Shown: in pieces, positions 1 to 9,100 of the stretch | How positions within the stretch are numbered: the stretch's first letter is position 1 | How the letters are laid out: each line of letters opens with the position of its first letter | From: Heteronotia binoei | Lineage: Eukaryota | DNA length: 64,000 nt | NCBI RefSeq assembly: GCF_032191835.1 | Contig: NC_083237.1 | Span: 24,552,001 to 24,616,000 of the forward strand | Reading direction: 5' to 3' | The notes under the pieces: generated by a model | What the model was told of the DNA's origin: nothing | The model's database searches: none | What the model saw: the letters and a program-made list of their open reading frames with translations, nothing else | Translations under genes and position numbers: made by a program

Positions 1-667
1 TGCTCCAACGGGTGCCCCAGGGGCTGCAGGCTCCCTGCTCCACTCTCAAGCACCACACAGGGCAGGCGCCATCTTCAATTCTGGAGTCCAGCACGCACTG
101 TCTGGGGCTTCTGTGTGTGCTGTGACTTAGTCCAGCGATGACTGCGCAAGGATTTCCCGTGCCTCTGGTCATTCACACACAGGAGGTGCGGCAGGAAAAG
201 GAGATGGCAGGAGGGGGGGCAGGAAACTGGCTGGGAAGTAGGGCCTCTCCCAAGAACTAGGGAGTGGAACAGGCTGGTTCGTGCCTCTCAGCTAGCAAGG
301 GCAGGAAAACCAAGGCAGTAAAATAAAGGGGTGGACAATCAGAGAGTATCCCATGCCACCCCACCCCACGGATTCATCCCCCATGCTCAGTGATGGTTGC
401 CAAAGAGCAAAGCCCACAGATGGGATAGTGATTTGATGTGGACAGGAGACAAGCCAGCCTTCCTTCCATAGGAAATAATGAAGGATAGGGGCACCTTCTT
501 TTGGGGCTCATAGAATTGGACCCCCTGGTCCAATCTTTTTGAAACTTGAGAGGTATTTTGGGGAGAGGCACTGGATGCTATACTAAAAATTTGGTGCCTC
601 TACCTCAAACACCAGCCCCCACCCCAGATAATGAGCCACCGCCTTGTATAGGATTCAGCATTTTGGG

Positions 668-770
668 TTTGTGTGACTAGTTATGGGGAGAGGAAGGGAA
701 AGGAGATTGTAAGCCGCTTTGACTCTTTTGGGTAGTGAAGGGCAGATATAAATCCAATCCCTTCTTCTTC
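668..770 (+). mobile_element. tRNA-derived SINE 3' fragment (Squam3-like)
   Basis: gggaaaggagattgtaagccgctttga..ataaatccaat..(tct)n tail shared with 35186-35460 and 38580-38860. Confidence 0.6.
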
Positions 771-994
771 TCGGATGACTAGCTTTTTATACAGCCACCA
801 TAACCATGAGCATGGGTTGCAAACATTAGTCAATGATCATGCTTATACTGGATGATTTCTATTGGCCAGGCTGCCATTAAAGACACAGAAGTGGGCCAGG
901 GCATTTCTTTTGTCAGACGCCAGCTTGAATGCTTCTTCAAACACTCCACAAACTGGATTTGCGATGATGTGCCTACAGCTGCACAGTGTTCAAG

Positions 995-1644
995 TGAAAA
1001 TGGCTGCTTTGAAGGGTGGACTCTATGGCACTATACAATGCTGAGGTAGGGATGTCAAGTCCAATTCAAGAAATATCTGGGGACTTTGGGGGTGGAGCCA
1101 GGAGGCATTGGGGGTGGAGCCAGGAGCAAGGGTGTGATAAGCATAACTGAACTCCAAAGAGAGTTCTGGCCATCACATTTAAAGGGACTGCACACCTTTT
1201 AAATGCCTTCCTTCCATAGGAAATAATGGATAGGGGCGCCTTCTCTTGGGGCTCATAGAATTGGACCCCCTGGCCCAATCATTTTGAAACTTGGGAGGTA
1301 TTTTGGGGAGAGGCACTGGATGCTATACTAAAAATTTGGTGCCTCTACCTCAAACACCAGCCCCTGCCCCAGAGCCCTAGATACCTACAGATGAATTCTC
1401 TATTATTTTCTATGGGAATAAGTATCCATAGGGAATAATAGAGTTCCCATCAGACATTTCCCTCCCCCCCACCACTTTCTGATTACTTTGAAGGAAGGGA
1501 GGGCCTCCAAACTAGGGGATCCCCTGCCCCCAACTGGGGATTGGCAACCCTATGCTGAGGCGCCTCCCCTCTCCAAACCCCACGCTCTCCTATATCCACC
1601 CCCAAAGTCTCCAGGTTTTTTCCAACACGGACTTGGCAACCCTA
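995..1644 (+). mobile_element. hAT (Blackjack-like) MITE containing a nested second MITE
   Basis: 3' end ...acttggcaacccta; internal gaagggtggactctatggc...ccacccccaaagtctccagg as in other copies; interrupted at 1047-1552. Confidence 0.7.
1047..1552 (+). mobile_element. hAT (Blackjack-like) MITE, about 500-bp family
   Basis: TIRs tagggatgtca/tggcaacccta; 8-bp TSD tgctgagg (1039-1046 and 1553-1560). Confidence 0.85.
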
Positions 1645-1891
1645 GTGGGCCTGGTTCAGAGAAAAATGTCCTATCCCTTTAACAGAGACTTAACAAAATG
1701 TTATGTCTCAGGTGATGTTATGAAAAGCTTCAACTGCCCATTTCCACCCAGTAAATCTCTCTTAAAGGGACAGAATGCTTTTCTCCAGGTCAGAGGACAA
1801 CCCTAAAATGTGGAATAGAGGAAGAAGTCAGCACATGTCTGCAACCAGCATAACAATATACTTTTAAAAAAGCAACAGTTTGAAAACGACA

Positions 1892-2105
1892 ATCAGCGTG
1901 GTGCAGTGGTTAGTGTCTGACCAGTATTTGCGAGACCCAGGTTCAAATTCCCACTCTGCCATGGAAGCTCGCTAGGTAACCTTGATCCAGTTTAACCTAC
2001 CTCACAGGGTTGTTGTGAGGATGAAATGGAGGGGAACAGAATCATATAAGCTGGTTTGGGTCCTACTGGAGAGAAAGGCAGAGTATAAAGGAATTAAATA
2101 ATAGT
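1892..2105 (+). mobile_element. tRNA-derived SINE
   Basis: A box tggtgcagtggttag, B box ggttcaaattccc, core aacctacctcacagggttgttgtgagga. Confidence 0.7.
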
Positions 2106-2289
2106 GACTTGTTGCCCCCTTCCCCAATGGACAATAACCAGGGGGGTCAGTTTTAATATTTAAATAAAAATATCTGCAAGGAGTTTGCACAAACCACATT
2201 GGACTGAGTAGGGCTTGTGCAGGAATTGTGCTCCAGTTTAATTGCACCTCTTGTAGCTGATTAATTGCACTGATTTCATCCAGTAAAAC

Positions 2290-2456
2290 CAAGGGTTTTT
2301 TTCTGGGGGAACACAGCAGAACAGAGTTCTGGAATCTCTTTGTGGAAACAAAATTCTCAAAAAGTGTTTAAAAGCTCATGAGGGGCTGCAGTGCCTTTCT
2401 CCTTCATTTCCCTCTTGAGAGTTCCAGCACCTCTTTTTGCAGGAAAAAAAGCCCTG
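2290..2456. mobile_element. hAT MITE (cagggcttttt-type TIR)
   Basis: Ends caagggttttttt / aaaaaaagccctg; near-perfect TSD agtaaaac/agtaaagc. Confidence 0.65.
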
Positions 2457-2699
2457 AGTAAAGCTATTTATTAATTCATAGGGTGACCACAACTCCAAAG
2501 CAATTTGATGGCATTTAACACACATTCAGCTGAACAGATGAAGATATAAGAATGACCATTATCTGCAGTTCACTACTTGCAATTCACTACTTGCAGTTCC
2601 TACTCAACAGGATTTGTGTAAAAGTACTTTCCAGGGGATGGTCCCACTACTTAATTGATGGCATTGCTTAATTGATTGCACCTTAATCAAAGAGAACTT

Positions 2700-2985
2700 T
2701 TTCTCCCTTTCCCATCATTAAAACTTGGGTTCACGCAATGAAGCTGATGGGCAGTCAATTCAAGAAAGTGTAAAGGAAGGACTTATTCATAAAAATGTAA
2801 GATTAATTTACGGGATTCAGTGCCATGAGATTGGGGGAGGGGCAAAAGCTCGCAGAGGCAGTTTCCTTCATTCCCTGCTTGGTGGGCTTTCTGGCTATGC
2901 CGGACTGGCCATTGTGGGAAACAGGATGCTGGATTTGTAAGGGTCTTTTGGTGTGATCCAGTGGGATTTTTCTTATGTTCTATAG
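2700..2985 (+). mobile_element. CR1 LINE 3' fragment
   Basis: Degenerate TRGHxMKL..FR..KRK..F ORF2 C-terminus and ttcttatgttct tail. Confidence 0.55.
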
Positions 2986-3114
2986 CTTGCAGCCCAAGGT
3001 TTAGATTTACTATTTATTACACTTACTCTACATTTGTTTTATCATAATGGTTGGCTTCATTACATTTTTATTTTGAGGGTGGATTTTTTTTTTGTATTGT
3101 ATATGTGTGTGTGT

Positions 3115-3305
3115 GTGTGTCTGCACTTGGAAGTCATGGTGCCCTCTGGTCGCTGACTTCTACTGGGGGCCTGGAGGATAGTCAGAGAGGTGGCTGAATA
3201 AAGCCTGCCCCTGTTCTCCTGACTGCTGGTATTTCAAGAAGGTCTCCCATCCAAGTATTTGTTGGGGTCGACCTTGAGATTTGGCTTACCTGGGCTATCC
3301 CAGGT
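3115..3305 (-). mobile_element. 5S rRNA-headed SINE
   Basis: ggtctcccatccaagta = reverse complement of the 5S box C region. Confidence 0.65.
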
Positions 3306-3664
3306 AAATAGATTGCTACTAGCTCTGAATGCTCAGACTGGAGCAACTTCCCAACCTCCCCTCCTAAAAAAAATTGCATAGTCTAGAAAATATTAATGAG
3401 CATATTTAGAGTGACCTAAAGTGTTCCAAATGCTTCATATATACTCAGTAATCCTTCTGATGACCTTGTAAGGTAGGCCAGTGGTATTATCTCCCCACCC
3501 CTACCAGTACAGGAGGCAAGCAGAGATAGTAGCTGTTGTGGCACACTTTGGGATGTGTGTCAAAATTTGTAAAATACGGTGCTGATGATATACTGTGGTT
3601 TCCTTTCATTATATGGGATGTTTTACTTTTTGTAGTTTGAGGGGTGCTAATTCCATTGCGCCTT

Positions 3665-3865
3665 GACCTAGATGGTCCAGTCTAGCCTGATCTCCTCAGA
3701 TGTTAAGCAGGTTCAGCCCTGGTTAAAACTTGGATGGGAGACCACCAAGGAAGTCCAGAGTTGCTACACAGAGGCAGGCAATGGCAAGCCACCTCCATTC
3801 TTGTCTTACCTCAAAAACCCCAGAGTATTGCCATAAGTCAGCTGTGACTTGACCACATTTTCCAT
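3665..3865 (+). mobile_element. 5S rRNA-headed SINE with Sauria-like tail
   Basis: cctgatctc..aagcaggttcagccctggtta..cttggatgggagacc then gcaggcaatggcaagccacc..gccataagtcagctgtgacttg. Confidence 0.8.
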
Positions 3866-5337
3866 TGCCACTTTCATTGTTTGTGCACTTATTGTAAGCT
3901 GCCTTCAGGACTGGAGCTGTCAAAAAGGCAGGTCTCCATAAATGCAAAAGCTGGGAGGCAGGAACACACTGTCAGCATTCAGAGCTTGTGCCTGGCCTGG
4001 GATGCATACGCCTTTGGCAGGCAACACACTTGTGCCTCTTTGGCAGGGTGACTGCGTGCAACAGCCCAGTGTGGGTGAAGTGCAGCTGAAGAGTAGCCAG
4101 AAGGATGCAGCCAGGCCCCTGAATGTTACATGCCCGCCTATGTACGCTTCCTACACCTGTTTCCTTAGTCATTATTTTGGGCGGATGCTTGTTGTCCCTG
4201 TGCCATATTCCCTTTCGCAGGCAGTTTTTTGGGTTTCCTTGGCAGGGTGTGTATAATCTGATCCACCTTTTCATCACTTTGGGTGTGAGCTCGCTCAGTA
4301 TGTGAACCTGTACTTCCCCTACACCCTTTCCCCTCACTTAGCTTTGCCTGGGTGTGGGTGTGTAAAGTAGCGGCATCTACACCTTGACTCCACACCTCCC
4401 TCACTAATTATTTCCAGTGCCTGCTAGGTATGCATTCAGCACATGCCTATAGGATCCATTCTTAAAACAAAGAACTAGCTGATCTTTGAACGTTGTGATT
4501 CTACAAGTCCAGTATGTTCCACATGATGAATAATGCATCCCATATGGGGCGGGATCTTCCCTGTGCCACAAGACCTAATTAAGAACTTTAATCTCATTGA
4601 TCTCCTTGGAAATGATCTTACCTACCTTTGAGAGAGGTGTGAGTAATTTATATCACATTTTTATACAAACTTTTATCCTAAAAGCAGCTGACAATGCAAA
4701 ACGAAAGCCCTAACACAGAGAACCCTGCCCTTTCTGAGCCTGCAAGCACCTTTGGAATTCTTGCACAGCATGGCGGGTGTAGCACAAAATGGCTGCCAGG
4801 GAAGGTGGAGCCAGCTGTAGATCTTTTTTGTGCTGACAGCTGCTGCCGATGCAACATTAAAAAACCACATTTAAAAAAAACTTCAATGGCCAATCAGAAG
4901 CCTTGCTGGGCAAAAGCCCCACTTGGTCCACCGACTTTCTAAAAACACTTGGCAGATGCCAGGAAAGATGTCAGTGGGCACCATGTTGGGGATCCCAACC
5001 CTAAAACAACATTTTCTAAAGCCTCCTGCAAATATGATCAGTCAGCATACTTTTGAAACAGATCTAAGGTCTCATATCAAATGTGAGGGACAGAAGAAAG
5101 TCTTTGCCTGCCTTGGGGTCTAGAGACAAAGGAAAGCATACCTTTAAGAGAAATCATGTTGGGGCAACAAGTGAAAAGGCCCTGCTCTTCATATGCATCA
5201 TCCAGCATCCACTTGAGACAGGATCTGAACATGTCCTCACTGGCAGATATATTAAAGAATGGGAGAGTTCAGATGGGGAGTTCTGTTTTTATGTGTTTAG
5301 ACTCAGAGGAGGGTGGGAAATGAGAGCCAGCATGAAT

Positions 5338-5553
5338 ATGGTTGTCAAACTACAGATGGTGGCTGCAGATCTCCTGGGATTACATCTGATCTCCAGGCAA
5401 GAGAGCAGTTCACCTGGTGAAAATGGCCCCTTTTGGAAGGTAGGCTCCATGGCATTATACCCCATTGAAGTCCCTCCCCTCCCCAAACCCTGCCTTCATT
5501 AGGCTGCACCCCCAAAATCTCCAGGTATTTCACAACCCGGAGTTGGCAGCCCT
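5338..5553 (+). mobile_element. hAT (Blackjack-like) MITE, about 220-bp family
   Basis: TIR-like ggttgtca/ttggcagcccta; family internal sequence. Confidence 0.7.
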
Positions 5554-5941
5554 AAGCAGGAATTAACTGTAAGAGTGCCATGCTAGTACTTGAAGACCAG
5601 GGATTCCCCCTCCCCACATGAATCTCACCGTGTGCTATGAACCTGTTGCTGCCTCCCACCCTAATTTTACTCTGAGGGTGAGGATAAAATGTAGGGGAAC
5701 ACCTTGTTTCCCGCTCTGAGATCCTTGGACGGAGGGTAAGTTAAAAATGTAGTAGGGGAAACAAAGGGGGGAGGATTTTCAAAAGCTGGTGGGAAATAAT
5801 CGGACAGATCTCATCTTATGGCACAGGACTGCTGTTTAGATCAGTGAACATTCTGAATTTTTAAAAATTCAATGGAAATTAACAAGCACTGGCCCAACCA
5901 GTAAAGAAAAACGAGACAATGATTTCTGTTTCCAGGAAAAA

Positions 5942-5947
5942 TTTATT
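5942..5947 (-). terminator. Poly(A) signal AATAAA of the COX6B gene
   Basis: tttatt on + strand about 180 nt past the stop codon. Confidence 0.6.
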
Positions 5948-6124
5948 AGGAAACATTTTCCTTTTTAGAAAGAATTAACTTCCCCGCCCTGCAATTTGTA
6001 AACACACAACAACTGAATAATTCAAAGTTACACCTGCTGAAGTATCCAGCAATGGATCTGGCTGACTTGGGATGGGCTGGAAAAGCTGTGCGGGGGGTCT
6101 TTTCATGTAAGCCAAAGTAGAAGC

Positions 6125-6178
6125 TCATATCTTGCCAGGAAAAGTTCCATCTGCTCGCTGATCATCCCAGCGCTTAAT
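6125..6178 (-). CDS. COX6B2: COX6B last coding exon ([17 protein letters not shown])
   Basis: ctcctcag acceptor, TGA at 6125-6127. Confidence 0.95.
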   Translation of the reverse strand: MKRWDDQRADGTFPGKI

Positions 6179-9100
6179 CTGAGGAGGGGAGAGTAAGAAG
6201 GACATTCAGAGAAGGTTCTTGAAACAACACATCTAAGTGAACCCTCCCCACAAACAATTAACTGGATGTTGCTCTCTTCCAGTTATGCTCTTGGGACCAT
6301 CTCTTGCCACCAAAATATCTTTTGTGATGAATATTATGGAGGAGTGGAGCCTAGAAGAGGCCAGGCTATGGGGAGGGACCTTGGTGTGGTATAACACCAC
6401 AGAGTCCACCCTCCAAAACAGCCACTCTCTCAAGAAGAACTGAATTCAGTTGCCTGGAAATGAGTTGTAATTCTGGGTGATCTCCAGGCCTCACCTGGAT
6501 GCTGGCAACCCTATTTGGCAGACGGGACTGGTGCAGATTACATTCTGCTGGTATGACACCAATATGTACTACAGGATTCCAAAATGGGTCTCAGACATAA
6601 AGGGAACAGTCCCCTGAGGGAGGCACTGGAAAGAAGCAAGGTGTTGGCTGTGGTTAGGATCATGACAAAATGTTGTGGTTTCCAGTCCTGCCTGTAACTT
6701 TGAACAGCTGCTGGCTAGAATAGAATAGAATAGAATAGAATAGAATAGAATAGAATAGAATAGAATAGAATAGAATAGAATAGAATAGAGGTGAAAGGGA
6801 CCTCCAGGCTCACCTAGTCCAAACCTCTGCACAATGCAGGAGCTTCACAAATTCCTCCCCCTACCCACCCACACATCCCCAGTGACCCCTGCTTCATGCC
6901 CAGAAGATGACAAAAACCTCCAGGATCTAGGGTTGCCAAGTCCAATTCAAGAAATATCTGGGAACTTTGGGGATGGAGCCAGAAGACTTTAGGGGTGGAG
7001 CCAGGAGACATTGGGGCGGAGTCAGGAGCAAGGGTGTGACAAGCATAACTGAACTCCAAGGGAGTTCTGGCCATCACATTTAAAGGGACAGCACACCCTT
7101 TTAAATGCCTTTCTTTCATAGGAAATAATGAAGGATAGGGGCACCTTCTTTTGGGGCTCATAGAATTGGACCCCCTGGTTCAATCATTTTGAAACTTGGG
7201 GGGTACTTTGGGGAGAGGCACTAGATACTATACTGAAAATTTGGTACCTCTCCCCAGAGCTCCCGATACCTCCCCCAGAGCCCCCGATACCTCCAGATCA
7301 ATTCCCCACTATACCCTATAAGAATCGATCTCCACATAGGGAATAATGAAGTGCCCAGCAGACATTTCCCTTCCTTCCCCGCCCTCCGTTTCTGGTGACT
7401 CTGAAGTGGCATCTCTACTCATGAGTTGCTGCCTACTACTTTAAAGTAACACAGACACACTATCCCAAGAGGAAGCCTCCGGAGGTGGAAAGGCACATGG
7501 GGGCTGTGGGGGCGGGGCTTCCCCCCGCTGGCCACCTGACTGAGGGTGGGAAGGAGCCTGGGAAAGCAGGACAACCCCCACTGGGACCTGGGGATTGGCA
7601 AGCCTACCAGGATCCCTTGCCAAACTGGCCTGGAGAAAAATTGTTTCCTGACCCCAAAGTGGCGATCAGCATTTCCCTGGGCATGAAAGAAAGGGCTACG
7701 AGAACTAAGCAGGAGAACTTATTCCCCCTGAGGGTTATTTCTGAAGGTAGAGGAAGAAAGGTTCAAACGAAAGGCAAAAAAGCAGGAAAAGAGCCCATGT
7801 TCAAAAAAGCAAAATTAAAATGGAAACCACAAAGTTCATTGTCTGCCGTCTGAAGGGAACATGTGCAGCAGGCCAGCTGGGTTTGCCCGGCAAACCTGAT
7901 GCTTACACTCACCCAGGAAACAGGACACAGGGATGTGAAAACCCTGCGGTACCACTCACACAGCTTGGGGTCCTTGCCTTTGGCTGACAGGATCTTGGTG
8001 CAGCGGTAGTAGTCTGCAGGGAAGAAGGAGAAACAACAGCTCAACTTCTCCTCGCCCTTCCCAGTAACTTCACAGAAATTACCAGTTTGGGCACACCTTG
8101 GGGGTTCAGCATCTTCTAAGCCAGGGGTGTTTTGAGGGCTGGATCTGACATAAATGAGACCTTGTTGGGCCGGACAATGTGTGTACCTATTTAAGATTAG
8201 GTAGCAGAGATATAAACTTTATCAAGGACACAGACAAACACAAAGGTTTTTTTGTTTTGTTTTTTTAAACCCTTAAAATAAAACATGCTTAAAACATTAG
8301 CACTCGTTGGTCTTAAAGGCGCTTTCTTTGTATCTCTCCCATGGGATCCAGGGAACTGGATAAAAGAAGTTCTGGCTCTTTCCTTCCTTCCAGAAGGGGG
8401 AGAGTCTCAGCCAATAGAAGGGAGAGATGCTTGGTTCAGTAGTTCTGTTGTGCAATTGAGAGAGCCTGGCAAAGCAAGCTCTCCCTCTCCCTCCTTCCTC
8501 CCCAAGGGAGGAGCCTCAGCCAGCGGAGAAAATAGAGACTTTGCTCTGTAGCTTCTGTGCTATTGAGCAAGCCTGGCAAAGCAAGCTGTAATGCAGAAGA
8601 AAGTGAGAGAGGGAGAAGGAAGCAGATGACAGCCAGTTGCTTGGGAGCCTGATAGGAGCCCTCTGAGGGCCTGATTCAGCCCCCGGGCTGCATGTTTGAC
8701 ACCCTTGTTCTAAGCTATCCCTCTACTGCAGGGTTTCCCAAACTTTTCTTTCCCATGGCCCGGTTATTTTTACACTTCTCCTTTGTGACCCACTAACATT
8801 TGGGAGTGGAGCTAGGAGACAGGAATTATGTCATTTCCTGTGGTGTCAAGGACCAAGTGATGTCACTTCCGGGGCACACTGAACCAAAACTCCACCTTTT
8901 CCTGTGATGTCACTTCCAGGGCACTCCCCCAAACCTGCCTCTTCTTCGGAAGTAAATTCATTTTCAGAAAAATCTCTCTGAAACTCATGCTGAGCCAAAA
9001 TGGGGGTGGAGAGTGGGCAGTCCTCTCTTTTCACCCCCACACCTGCAGGCACCTATCTGTGTATTCTTTTCCAGTTTGCAAGCACTCCTAATGCCCATGT

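Larger units (their letters stand above)
6715..7720 (-). mobile_element. CR1 LINE 3' end split by a MITE insertion
   Basis: CR1-type (ATTCT)n tail; the sequence resumes at 7607 after the duplicated ccaggatc. Confidence 0.65.

Noticed and set aside
1892-1965. Possible tRNA genes (also 35186, 38580, 46685, 46858)
   Set aside because: A/B boxes are present but there is no cloverleaf, and each is followed by a SINE body.
3665-3865. Possible 5S rRNA genes (also 25815, 48400, 55645, 58835)
   Set aside because: The 5S 5' end is missing, the copies are diverged and they continue into a SINE tail, so they are SINEs, not rRNA genes.
3942-5502. ORFs of 100-140 aa downstream of COX6B, checked as a possible neighbouring gene such as KMT5C
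   Set aside because: No recognisable domain; 5083-5502 runs into a MITE; no consistent exon chain.
6569-6832. ORF with (LFYSI)n repeat
   Set aside because: Translation of the (ATTCT)n microsatellite.
374-7412. Recurring ORFs with [14 protein letters not shown] (374-571, 1066-1278, 6814-7161)
   Set aside because: They are translations of the shared MITE internal sequence, not a gene family.
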